Shown here in pieces: positions 35,879 to 45,054 of a DNA stretch of 64,000 nucleotides. Both the position numbers and the translations under genes were made by a program. The stretch comes from Bacteroidales bacterium (GTDB taxonomy: Bacteria > Bacteroidota > Bacteroidia > Bacteroidales > WCHB1-69), in NCBI GenBank assembly GCA_017962845.1, contig JAGCUN010000012.1, positions 8,175 through 72,174 on the forward strand, written 5' to 3'. Under the pieces are notes generated by a model. The model had not been told where the DNA came from. It did no database searches and saw nothing but the letters and a program-made list of their open reading frames with translations. Positions within the stretch are counted from its first letter, which is position 1; each line of letters begins with the position of its first letter.

Positions 35879-38149
35879 CTAACTGAAATCAAGGAACCAA
35901 TACTTTATTTTGCGTATTTGCAACAGTTCGGAATACTTGTCAAACTTTTTCGCCTCATTACAGGTTATGGCATAATTACGAATAATCCATGGATCGTCCG
36001 GTACAATCCGAAGTGCTGTCTCATAGCAGTCAAACGCTTTTTCATATAGTTTCTCTTCAGCATACATATTGGCCAAAGCAGACCACACCTCACAATCATT
36101 TGGACATCTTTCCGATAAATGCTGTAGAATCCTTATCGCCTTTTGTGTTTTCTGTGCTTTCTGTAATTCTAGTGCCTTGTTGAACATAACAAACTCTTCA
36201 TTGTTTTCTTCTTGACGGGTGGGCAAACAGATTCTATAGGCATTATGGGACTGCACGGACAGGGGAAGACCGAAAGACATTTGGGCATCTTGCCCTATTC
36301 TAACGTTTACGTACTTTCGCATATCCTCATCATTTTCTATATGATTGATAAATTGTCCTAAATCAGTATAGACTACTGTTCGGAGATTGTAAATTAGATC
36401 ATAATAGTTGATTTTCAGAATGCCATTGATTCGCTCCATGCACCGCTCATAGGAGGTGGAAACGATCCATCTTGTAACACGCTTGTTCTCAGGATTGTCT
36501 ATTTCACACTCGCTTATTTGCGCAACAGCGTGCAAATCTGTTTGAATGAATTCATAGAAGGCACCAGCCAGGGTTGGTCGCAGTTTTGTTCTTTTCAATT
36601 GTATTAAAAGAATATCTTTGTCACTTTCCACCCAAATGTCAATATCCCCTTTCCCGTTTTTCCCTATTGCGTTTGTATGGATTTCCCTTATGCGAATTTT
36701 ATTTTCGAAAAGTTCCTCAACAAATTTTTCCATTAAGTCAGAGACTTTTTTCTGCAATTCTATATTCTTCGGGAGTGCAAGGTTTTCCAACGCTGCATTA
36801 ATGAAACTATAGAACCACTCGTTTCTCCCCAAAAACATAGTGGGGCATATTAAATTATTATCAATTCTGATGAAGGGTTTGCGAAATACATCAAAGCATT
36901 TTTGTCCCCACTGGAATTTTTTATCGTTAAATTGGAATGAAAACAAATCAATGAGTTCTGTATGAAAATCACCCATGCTGTCGTTTTTGTACATCCCTAA
37001 ATATTCTTCAATAGATAACAAAGTGAATGGAAATTCAAAATGATTTTTTTGTACATTTTCAGCCACCAATTTTGCATATTTCACAAACCAGGTATCTCCA
37101 TTTTGTTTTTCCAACATCTTTTCATATCTCCATTTTTTATTAAATGAGATGCCCATAAGTGGTGTCAATAATTGTTGTATGGGCATTTGTTTTCCTTTCC
37201 ATTCAAAATGATCAATTTGCATGTCGTCCAGAAAACGCAATGTTTTGAATTCAGCAATTTGAAATTCTTTGTTCATTTCATAGTTTTCTCCCTCGCCTGG
37301 TATATGCACCGTCCCATCTTTAATAAGTTCACCAATAAAGACATCTGCATCAGCATCATACCTTTTCTCATTTATCAAATACCGCACATCATTCAATCTC
37401 CACCGATAGAAGTCATACGGACTTTGAATCAAATACAAGTTTTCATGGATCATCTGGGGTGTAATTGTGGTGTCAAAACAATACAAGTCCACTAAATCTC
37501 GATGAAAAGAGATATAATTTAGAATCAATGGGAATAATCGGTTCTCCTTAAACCAAACATCATACGATGGGGCGATTTCCCCCATGTATTGAAAGAACAA
37601 TTCTTTTCCTTTTTCTGATAGGTGCAGATATTTAAACTTGTCTTTTCGTAGCAAATACTCCATAAACCATGCGTAAATTTCGCAAAGGTTTTGCATCGTC
37701 ATGTCTTTCATCCCTTCATACTCGTCGCGATACATTTCCATCCAGCATATAATATCGCAAAAGGTTTTCCAGAAAGCCTGTTCTGGAGTTTGAGGCAAAT
37801 CGTTCAGGTATTTGTCAAACTCAGTCGTGAGTTTTTCCTTGTAATAGCATTCCTGTTCGTATAAGGACTTCCATACCTGTTGATGTAAACATAAAGATTT
37901 GGGTAACGGTATTTCTTGCAAAAAAGAATATCGGTCATTTTTTAAGAATGATTTAGAGCACCGAATTGCCCGAACGAACTCTTCAGGATGATGTAAAGCA
38001 ATACGTTTTTCAAAATCAGGATTGAATTTGCCGCATCTGGTGAAATGCAACAAAATATCATTGAACTTCAAAAGCTCAATATTGCCATTTAATTGAGAGT
38101 ATGCACACTGTCTCTCTTCTTGTTTTTTTCTTTGATTTTTAGTTTCCAT
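35879..38149 (-). CDS. Large uncharacterised protein: unknown N-terminal ~470 aa, PD-(D/E)xK-like nuclease motif, C-terminal TPR repeats
   Basis: 756-aa ORF in an AT-rich island. GKGDIDIWVESDKDILLIQLKR at residues 499-520. TPR-like repeats at residues ~652-745 (WSALANMYAEEKLYEKAFDCYETALRIVPDDP...). Confidence 0.75.
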   Translation of the reverse strand: METKNQRKKQEERQCAYSQLNGNIELLKFNDILLHFTRCGKFNPDFEKRIALHHPEEFVRAIRCSKSFLKNDRYSFLQEIPLPKSLCLHQQVWKSLYEQECYYKEKLTTEFDKYLNDLPQTPEQAFWKTFCDIICWMEMYRDEYEGMKDMTMQNLCEIYAWFMEYLLRKDKFKYLHLSEKGKELFFQYMGEIAPSYDVWFKENRLFPLILNYISFHRDLVDLYCFDTTITPQMIHENLYLIQSPYDFYRWRLNDVRYLINEKRYDADADVFIGELIKDGTVHIPGEGENYEMNKEFQIAEFKTLRFLDDMQIDHFEWKGKQMPIQQLLTPLMGISFNKKWRYEKMLEKQNGDTWFVKYAKLVAENVQKNHFEFPFTLLSIEEYLGMYKNDSMGDFHTELIDLFSFQFNDKKFQWGQKCFDVFRKPFIRIDNNLICPTMFLGRNEWFYSFINAALENLALPKNIELQKKVSDLMEKFVEELFENKIRIREIHTNAIGKNGKGDIDIWVESDKDILLIQLKRTKLRPTLAGAFYEFIQTDLHAVAQISECEIDNPENKRVTRWIVSTSYERCMERINGILKINYYDLIYNLRTVVYTDLGQFINHIENDEDMRKYVNVRIGQDAQMSFGLPLSVQSHNAYRICLPTRQEENNEEFVMFNKALELQKAQKTQKAIRILQHLSERCPNDCEVWSALANMYAEEKLYEKAFDCYETALRIVPDDPWIIRNYAITCNEAKKFDKYSELLQIRKIKYWFLDFS

Positions 38150-38215
38150 TTTTGAACAAAGTTAAAGATGTTACTTAAACCCAAAGGATTCAGTCTTTGT
38201 TCAAAAATGACGCTG

Positions 38216-38223
38216 CAAAAGTA
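38216..38223 (-). promoter_or_regulatory. -7 promoter box TACTTTTG (minus strand) for the 756-aa gene operon
   Basis: Exact TAnnTTTG, 67 nt upstream of the ATG. Confidence 0.45.
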
Positions 38224-38352
38224 CATTTTATTTTTTAGTTTTTGATATTTTTGAAAAAATTTTTTTGAAAAAAAATGGAGACTAAAGTAAATGCTTCAAT
38301 GATAGCATTGTAGGGAAACGGAAAATAAGGGAGAAACTTTTAAAACAAAAAA

Positions 38353-38373
38353 AGAAGACTTCAAAAGTCTTCT
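38353..38373. terminator. Bidirectional hairpin terminator next to the tRNA-Asp 3' end
   Basis: Stem AGAAGACT/AGTCTTCT flanked by an A-run on the left and a T-run on the right. Confidence 0.6.
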
Positions 38374-38388
38374 TTTTTTGTTTCAGGG

Positions 38389-38463
38389 CGGGCCGGACGA
38401 GGCTCGAACTCGCGACCCCATGCGTGACAGGCATGTATTCTAACCAAACTGAACTACCGGCCC
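38389..38463 (-). tRNA. tRNA-Asp (anticodon GTC)
   Basis: The reverse complement GGGCCGGTAGTTCAGTTTGGTTAGAATACATGCCTGTCACGCATGGGGTCGCGAGTTCGAGCCTCGTCCGGCCCG folds as a 75-nt cloverleaf: 7-bp acceptor stem, anticodon loop CTGTCAC, GTTCGAGCC T-loop. CCA is not fully encoded. Confidence 0.9.
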
Positions 38464-38484
38464 TGTTGTCTCATTTCGAGGATG

Positions 38485-38492
38485 CAAAAATA
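38485..38492 (-). promoter_or_regulatory. -7 promoter box TATTTTTG (minus strand) for tRNA-Asp
   Basis: Exact TAnnTTTG, about 22 nt upstream of the tRNA 5' end. Confidence 0.5.
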
Positions 38493-38598
38493 CAGCTTTT
38501 TTGTAAGTTAGCAAGCGTTTTTTCAAAAAAAATCAATATTTTATATTTTATTAAAAATCAATTATTTATAATAAAAATAGTTGATGAAATGATGAAAT

Positions 38599-39753
38599 TT
38601 ACGCTTCTTTGATGATGTTGGTGGTGCCATTTTTCGCACAATCTACCACAATTTCTGCCGCCCGCGCTGATGCGCCCCGCCCGCCGAGCCGGACAAGAAG
38701 CTCGCGATAGTCATCAGAAATTCTCTGCCGTGTCGCCTCGTCGTGCAGCAGTTTCTCTACCTCCGCGCGCAACTTCTGGTGGGTGAGGTCGTGCTGGATG
38801 AGCTCGGTCACCGCCGGCTTGTCGAGCACGAGGTTCACCAACGAGATGTATTGGATGGTGTCTTTCGCCACCGCCTTGGCGATCTGGTACGAGAGACCGC
38901 TGGTTTTGTAGCACACCACCTGCCGCGTGCCAAGGATGGCGGTCTCAAGGGTGGCCGTGCCAGAGGTCACTACGGCGGCCTCGGCGTTCAGCACCAGCGG
39001 GTAGGTTTGCGACAGCGCACATTTCACGTTGTGGCCCCGCAGAATGTCAGCATACAGTTTCTCGGGCAGCCACTTCACGGTGGATACCACAAACTGGTAC
39101 TCGGGGAAGTCATCCACAATCTCCAACATCACAGGCAGTATCTTGGTGATTTCCTGCTTGCGACTGCCGGGCAGGATGGCGATGATAGGACGCTCGTCCA
39201 AACCGTTGATAGCGCGGAAGTTGCGTACCGGATCGCTGTCGCGCAGGTCGGGACCGATGGCGTCGAGCAGCGGGTGTCCCACATAGTTGGCGGTGTAGCC
39301 ATAGCGGGCGTAAAACTCCTTCTCGAACGGCAGAATCGGCATCACATGGTCGCAGGTGCGCTTGATCTTGTGCACGCGCCCGGTCTTCCATGCCCAGATT
39401 TGGGGGGAGATATAATAGATAATTTTGAAACCTTGCTGTTTCGCCCACTCCGCAATGCGCAGGTTGAAGCCGGGATAATCCACCATGATGATGATATCAG
39501 GCTGGTAATCAAGAATATCCTGCTTACAGAAACTGATATTCTTCAGGATGATACGCAGATGGGTGGCCACTTCCCAGAAGCCCATGAAGGCGAGGTCGCG
39601 GTAGTGCTTGACGATGGTGCCGCCCTGTGCTTCCATCAGGTCGCCGCCCCAGCAGCGGTACTCGGCGGCGGGGTCCAGCCGGTTGATTTCGCGCATCAGG
39701 TTCGAGGCGTGCAGGTCGCCGGACGCCTCCCCGGCAATGACGTAGTATTTCAT
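38599..39753 (-). CDS. lpxB: Lipid-A-disaccharide synthase
   Basis: MKYYVIAGEASGDLHASNLM N-terminus with the GT19 family layout. Confidence 0.9.
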   Translation of the reverse strand: MKYYVIAGEASGDLHASNLMREINRLDPAAEYRCWGGDLMEAQGGTIVKHYRDLAFMGFWEVATHLRIILKNISFCKQDILDYQPDIIIMVDYPGFNLRIAEWAKQQGFKIIYYISPQIWAWKTGRVHKIKRTCDHVMPILPFEKEFYARYGYTANYVGHPLLDAIGPDLRDSDPVRNFRAINGLDERPIIAILPGSRKQEITKILPVMLEIVDDFPEYQFVVSTVKWLPEKLYADILRGHNVKCALSQTYPLVLNAEAAVVTSGTATLETAILGTRQVVCYKTSGLSYQIAKAVAKDTIQYISLVNLVLDKPAVTELIQHDLTHQKLRAEVEKLLHDEATRQRISDDYRELLVRLGGRGASARAAEIVVDCAKNGTTNIIKEA

Positions 39754-39756
39754 GGA

Positions 39757-40866
39757 TTACAGATTGGGCGTGGGTTCGGGTTTCTTGCGGCGGAAACTGT
39801 CAAGTCCCACCTTCAGCGAGAAGATATGCGAATACTGGGCGATGGAGAGGTCGCCAATGTCGGTAAGGGCGTAGTCGATGAAGACGATGTTCTTGATACA
39901 CACGCCGATACCGAGATTGATCTGCAAGGTGGTTTTCTTCTTGCCTTCAAAGTCGGGTTCCTGCTGCAGATTGCCGATACCGGCGCGGATGGCCACAATT
40001 TTCTTGTAGGCGAACTCCATGCCGAAATGGGGGTCGATACAGAGCGCCTTGCTGTGGATAAGGCTGTGGCGGTTGCCGTCGAAGGTAAAGTCGAAGTCGA
40101 GGGCGAAGGTGGCGTTGAAGCCTTTGCCGAGTTCTACATACTTGCCGCCGCCGAGGATGAGTTTCGGCACGGTGAGTTCAAGCTGGTTGGTGGGAATCTC
40201 GTTGCCAGTTTGTTGGAACACCTCGATGACACGGTCGCTGAGGTGGTAGCTCCACGCGTTGAAGGTGGAGGTGGCGTCGCGCAACAGAAGTCCGGCGTTC
40301 CACCCACGGTTGGTGTAGTGCAACCCCACATCGATGCCAAAGCCCCACGCGTTGGCGAAATCACCGATGCGGCGGTGCAAAATCTTGACATTCCCACCCA
40401 ACGACAATCCCTTCACCTGCTTGAAGTTATGGGCGTAGGTGAGCAAGAAAGCATTGTCGGCAGAGGAGAAGTAGGAGATTTTAGAGTAATCTACATTTCC
40501 CTGATTATCAATCAATTCAGTGGTATTCATAATATTGTCCACCCCGAAGCGAATCCACGAGAAGCCGACTGTTGATTGTGAGTCGATGCGGGCGGCCACG
40601 CCGATGTAGTCGTATTTGGCGATGCTGGCGAAATATTCGGCGTGCATCACCCCTAACTCGTAGTTCTTTTCCATCACCGAGAGGCAGGCGGGGTTCCAGT
40701 AGGCGGCGGTGACATCGTTGGCGATGGAGGTCATGGTGTTGCTCATCCCCAGTCCGCGGGCACCGATGCCGAGCGACAGAAACTCGTTGCTGTACTTGGC
40801 GGTTTGGCCGAAGGCAGACAGCGCGAAGGCGGCGGCAAGAAGGGTGAGGACGACTCTTTTCATCAT
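39757..40866 (-). CDS. PorV/PorQ-family outer-membrane beta-barrel protein (T9SS-associated)
   Basis: Signal peptide, then EFLSLGIGARGLGMSNTMTSIANDVTAAYWNPA, typical of the PorV/PorQ/FadL-like family. Alternating beta-strand pattern throughout. Confidence 0.55.
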   Translation of the reverse strand: MMKRVVLTLLAAAFALSAFGQTAKYSNEFLSLGIGARGLGMSNTMTSIANDVTAAYWNPACLSVMEKNYELGVMHAEYFASIAKYDYIGVAARIDSQSTVGFSWIRFGVDNIMNTTELIDNQGNVDYSKISYFSSADNAFLLTYAHNFKQVKGLSLGGNVKILHRRIGDFANAWGFGIDVGLHYTNRGWNAGLLLRDATSTFNAWSYHLSDRVIEVFQQTGNEIPTNQLELTVPKLILGGGKYVELGKGFNATFALDFDFTFDGNRHSLIHSKALCIDPHFGMEFAYKKIVAIRAGIGNLQQEPDFEGKKKTTLQINLGIGVCIKNIVFIDYALTDIGDLSIAQYSHIFSLKVGLDSFRRKKPEPTPNL

Positions 40867-40868
40867 GG

Positions 40869-41582
40869 TTATTTTGTGATGGATGGATGGGTGGAGAGGT
40901 AGCGGTCGATCAGTTCATCGGCGGAGCGGGCCGACTTGCGGAGCCAGTCGAAGTAGATCTCGGTCTGCTCATCCTCGCTGAGGTGCCAGTCCACGGCGGA
41001 GCGGTGGAGGCGTTCGATGACGTTGGAGATGAGGATGGCCACGGAGTTGGAGATGTTGAAGCTCTCGGTGAAGCCGTACATCGGAATCTTGACAGCGCGG
41101 TCGCAAACGGCCTTAGCCTCGTCGGAAAGACCGGTGAGCTCGGTGCCGAAGAAGAAGGCGGTTTTCTGGTCGATGGGGAGGTCTTCGATGAAGACACTGT
41201 TTTCGGCGGGCAGGGTGGCCACGAGGGTGTAGCCGGCGGCGTGCAGACGGTCGGCACACTGCCGTACATTGCCTTTGCAGCGCTTGTAGTTGTTGATGGT
41301 CAGCCACTTGTCGGCCCCCATCGTGATGGCGCTGTGCGTGGTGAACTCGTTTTCATTCTCAATAATGTGGATGTCCTGCACGCCATAGCACTCGCAGGTA
41401 CGCATCACCGCGCTGATGTTCTGGGTTTGGTACAGGTCTTCCAGCACCACGGTGAAGTGGCGCGTTCTGTTTTTTAACACACTGAGCAAACGCTCGTTAC
41501 GCTCCTCCATCACAAACTCACGGAGGTATTCGGCAAGCGCTTTTTTGGTGGTGATATCGAGAGAATCAATAAGGTCGGTCAT
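40869..41582 (-). CDS. SpoU/TrmH family RNA 2'-O-methyltransferase
   Basis: SpoU motifs NISAVMRTCECYG, FFFGTELTGLS, IPMYGFTESFNISNSVAI. Confidence 0.8.
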   Translation of the reverse strand: MTDLIDSLDITTKKALAEYLREFVMEERNERLLSVLKNRTRHFTVVLEDLYQTQNISAVMRTCECYGVQDIHIIENENEFTTHSAITMGADKWLTINNYKRCKGNVRQCADRLHAAGYTLVATLPAENSVFIEDLPIDQKTAFFFGTELTGLSDEAKAVCDRAVKIPMYGFTESFNISNSVAILISNVIERLHRSAVDWHLSEDEQTEIYFDWLRKSARSADELIDRYLSTHPSITK

Positions 41583-41685
41583 GCATTAGCCTATTTGATG
41601 TAATCAAACAACGAAGTTTTTTGCTTTTTCGTGTGTGGGGAGGAAATTTTTGGTGTGGGTAGGTTATGGCAGCATTTTAAAGGAT

Positions 41686-43686
41686 TTACTTTACCTCTTT
41701 CAGCAGCCGTTCGGCCTCTTTCATCAGGTCGCGCAGACGGACGGCCTCCTTGAAGTCGAGGTCTTTGGCCGCGGCCTCCATCTGCTTGCGGAGACTCTTG
41801 ATACGGGTCTGCAGCTGCTCGGCATTCAAGTACTTGGCCTCTACCGGTTCGGCCGCTACCTGCTGGCTACCCGTACCGGTCCCGTAAGCCACCGCACCGC
41901 TCGTCAGCACCGGCTCGGCTTTCTTCACACTGCGCGGCGTGATATGGTGCAGCTCGTTGTACGCCAGCTGTTTGGCCCGGCGGCGCGCCGTCTCGTCCAG
42001 CGTCGCCTGCATCGACTTGGTGATGGTGTTGGCGTAAAAGATGACCCTGCCGTTCACATGGCGCGCCGCCCGCCCCGCCGTCTGCGTCAGCGAACGCTCG
42101 CACCGCAAGAAACCCTCCTTGTCGGCATCCATGATGGCCACCAACGACACCTCCGGCAGGTCCAAACCCTCGCGCAACAGGTTCACCCCCACCAGCACAT
42201 CGATCGTGCCGGCCCGCAGGTTCTGCAAGATATCCACGCGCTCCAGCGTCTCCACATCCGAATGGATGTACTGCGTGCTGATGCCGAGCCGTATCAAATA
42301 GCCCGTCAGCTCCTCCGCCATCCGCTTCGTCAGCGTGGTCACCAAAACGCGCTCGTGCTGCTCCACCGTCTTCTCAATCTCCTCCAACAGGTCATCGACC
42401 TGATTGTCAGCCGGACGCACCTCAATCACAGGGTCCAACAAGCCCGTCGGCCGCACCACCTGCTCCACAATAATCCCCTCCGACTTCTCCAACTCGTACT
42501 CCGCCGGCGTGGCGCTCATATAGATGGTCTGCCCCGTAAGCGCTTCAAACTCATGGAATTTCAGCGGACGGTTGTCCAATGCCGCTGGCAGGCGGAAGCC
42601 GTAATCCACCAAGTTCTGCTTGCGGGAACGGTCACCGCCAAACATCGCCCCGATTTGCGGCACGGTGACATGACTCTCATCAATCACCAACAGAAAATCA
42701 TCGGGGAAGAAGTCCAAGATGCAGAACGGACGTTCGCCGGGCTGCCGCCGGTCGAAATAGCGCGAGTAGTTCTCAATGCCCGAACAATACCCCAGCTCTT
42801 TCATCATCTCCACATCATACGTCACACGGTCTTCCAACCGTTTGGCTTCCAGATGTTTGCCAATCGACTTAAAATACTCTACCTGCTTTCCCAAGTCCAA
42901 CTGTATCTCGCTGATGGCGTTGTTCATCGAATCTTGTGAAGTGACAAAAATGTTGGCGGGATAAAGGGTGAGCTTCTCGCAACTGCCGATTTTCGCGCCG
43001 CTCGTCGCCTCCAACTCGAAAATCTCCTCAATTTCATTCCCCCAGAAAACAATTCGGAAAGCATTGTCGCTATAAGGCGGGAAAACGTCCACCGTGTCGC
43101 CCTTCACGCGGAACTTCGCCGGCTCCAACTCCAGCTCCGTGCGGGTGTAAAGCCCCGACACGAAAGCCAACAGCAGGCTCTCCTGACTGATGGTCATGCC
43201 TTTATGGATGTTGATAACATTCTTGGCGAAATCGTCGGGATTGCCGATACCGTAAATACAAGATACTGAGGCTACTACGACAACATCGCGGCGACCCGAC
43301 AGCAATGCGCTCGTGGTGCGCAGCCGCAGTCGCTCAATCTCCTGATTGATCGATAAATCCTTCTCGATATAGGTGTTGCTGACCGGCAGATAGGCCTCCG
43401 GCTGGTAGTAGTCGTAGTAAGAAACGTAATACTCGACGGCATTGTCGGGGAAAAACTGCTGGAACTCGCTGTATAGCTGGGCTGCCAAAGTCTTATTGTG
43501 ACTGAGTATCAGCGTGGGACGGTTGACCTGCGCTAATACATTGGCGATGGTAAAGGTCTTGCCCGAGCCGGTGACGCCGAGCAGCACCTGCGCCTTGTCG
43601 CCACGGTTAAGTCCGTCCACTAATTGTTGGATAGCGGTGGGCTGGTCGCCCGAAGGGGCAAAATCTGAATGCAGTTGAAAGTTCAT
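41686..43686 (-). CDS. uvrB: Excinuclease ABC subunit B
   Basis: GVTGSGKTF Walker [11 protein letters not shown] DExH box, C-terminal UVR motif ([13 protein letters not shown]). Confidence 0.95.
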   Translation of the reverse strand: MNFQLHSDFAPSGDQPTAIQQLVDGLNRGDKAQVLLGVTGSGKTFTIANVLAQVNRPTLILSHNKTLAAQLYSEFQQFFPDNAVEYYVSYYDYYQPEAYLPVSNTYIEKDLSINQEIERLRLRTTSALLSGRRDVVVVASVSCIYGIGNPDDFAKNVINIHKGMTISQESLLLAFVSGLYTRTELELEPAKFRVKGDTVDVFPPYSDNAFRIVFWGNEIEEIFELEATSGAKIGSCEKLTLYPANIFVTSQDSMNNAISEIQLDLGKQVEYFKSIGKHLEAKRLEDRVTYDVEMMKELGYCSGIENYSRYFDRRQPGERPFCILDFFPDDFLLVIDESHVTVPQIGAMFGGDRSRKQNLVDYGFRLPAALDNRPLKFHEFEALTGQTIYMSATPAEYELEKSEGIIVEQVVRPTGLLDPVIEVRPADNQVDDLLEEIEKTVEQHERVLVTTLTKRMAEELTGYLIRLGISTQYIHSDVETLERVDILQNLRAGTIDVLVGVNLLREGLDLPEVSLVAIMDADKEGFLRCERSLTQTAGRAARHVNGRVIFYANTITKSMQATLDETARRRAKQLAYNELHHITPRSVKKAEPVLTSGAVAYGTGTGSQQVAAEPVEAKYLNAEQLQTRIKSLRKQMEAAAKDLDFKEAVRLRDLMKEAERLLKEVK

Positions 43687-43725
43687 AATTTAGTGTGTTT
43701 TAGATGATTAAGTTCGATTAGAATA

Positions 43726-45006
43726 TTACAATTTCACCACCTTTTTCACCACCTTTCTGCCTTGCGAATCGGTGATAGAGACAAGGTACATGGCTGGTGC
43801 GAACGGGAAGGGAAGCACTGTTTCTTCATCGCCCGCACTCCGCTGTTCGCTGTATAACAGCTGACCATTAAGGGTGGTGATATTGATGGTAATTTCTTCA
43901 TTATGAGAAAAATGGGTAAAAATATGCAGCTGATCGTTCACCGGATTGACCACCTGAACGGGCAGCAACAGGTCGGCTGAGTGGAGCCCTAATGTGGCAT
44001 CAATCTGGTAGTCCATGATGACCGGCAGGTGATCCGACATCCCGTAAAGGGCGTTGGCAATGTTGGCGGGAACGGCCGTGTTGGTGGGGTCGATGATGGA
44101 GCCGTTGCGTCGGTTGCCGTCCTGTCCGAGAGCATGGTATGTTTCTGGAAGACAGCGCACCCGCTGCGTGCCGTTGCGGATGAAATCCGACACCAAGATG
44201 AAGTCGAAACGGTTGTCCATGCCGCCACCCGAATAGCATCCGTTGGTCGTGTTCCCCGAGTGGGTGGATTGCGTGAAAAGGTCAGCAAATTCGGGGTTGT
44301 CATCCCACTCGCCCTCGCGGTCTATCGGGTCATAGAAGCGCACCAACGAGTTGCTGTGGTGTACGAGCTGCTGGTAAGCGCTTTCAGAAGCATCATACAC
44401 ATTGAAGTCGCCGCACAGCACATAATTGTCAGCATGGCCGATGCTGATCAGGCGGTTCATCAACTGATTGACTTGTGTATATCGCTCACTATCATAATTA
44501 TAACCTGCCTTCAAATGACAAACAATGAAAGTGATGAAGGCCGTATCGCCACGCGCCAGCTCGTTCGAGCGGTAGTACATGCGGTAAGCGTTGAAATAGG
44601 TGACGCTGGTGGAAACGTAAAACGTGCTTTTCAGCACCAACTTGCGGGTGTCGTAAAACAGACCATTGCCGATGGTAATGCTGCCACTCGAGTTGGAGAC
44701 CGTTGGGGCAAAAGCATAATAGTTTACTCCATTGGTATTCAACACATTATCTAAAATACGCTGAGGATAGCTGTTGCCTTTTCCTAACTCATTCACCGTC
44801 AGCACATCTGGCATCACATATTTGACGATGGTTTTGAAATCTTGGTCTTTGGTGTTCAAATTGTTGGTGGTCTGATCGCAGTCGCCGGCCCCATTTTCGG
44901 TATAATACAAGAGGTTGTACTGCATGTGACGCAGTTGTTGCGAGTAGGACAGTTCTATATTTATAAAACTGATTATCAATAAAATAAGAGAAAATTTCCG
45001 CGTCAT
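43726..45006 (-). CDS. Endonuclease/exonuclease/phosphatase (EEP) family protein with T9SS CTD
   Basis: Signal peptide, EEP motifs (VNELG.., GDFNV, SDHLPV), and a C-terminal beta-sandwich ending KVVKKVVKL. Confidence 0.75.
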   Translation of the reverse strand: MTRKFSLILLIISFINIELSYSQQLRHMQYNLLYYTENGAGDCDQTTNNLNTKDQDFKTIVKYVMPDVLTVNELGKGNSYPQRILDNVLNTNGVNYYAFAPTVSNSSGSITIGNGLFYDTRKLVLKSTFYVSTSVTYFNAYRMYYRSNELARGDTAFITFIVCHLKAGYNYDSERYTQVNQLMNRLISIGHADNYVLCGDFNVYDASESAYQQLVHHSNSLVRFYDPIDREGEWDDNPEFADLFTQSTHSGNTTNGCYSGGGMDNRFDFILVSDFIRNGTQRVRCLPETYHALGQDGNRRNGSIIDPTNTAVPANIANALYGMSDHLPVIMDYQIDATLGLHSADLLLPVQVVNPVNDQLHIFTHFSHNEEITINITTLNGQLLYSEQRSAGDEETVLPFPFAPAMYLVSITDSQGRKVVKKVVKL

Positions 45007-45054
45007 TATTCTGTTAAAAATAAGAGGGCAAAGTTACACATAATTTTTGAATAA

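Noticed and set aside
35263-38463. Classical integrase-mediated genomic island inserted at tRNA-Asp
   Set aside because: The segment has no integrase or recombinase gene. I could not find a direct repeat of the tRNA-Asp 3' end near the serpin-proximal boundary (35263-35345). The island is still compositionally foreign, but the insertion mechanism is unresolved.
38743-40575. 610-aa plus-strand ORF opposite lpxB and the PorV/PorQ-like gene
   Set aside because: It is an antisense shadow that crosses the boundary of two real minus-strand genes. The same reasoning applies to 41635..42939 (opposite uvrB), 31088..32086 and 32132..32998 (opposite the C69 dipeptidase), 25185..26066 and 25361..26458 (within GH89), 58372..59325, 15452..16501 and 9263..9835.
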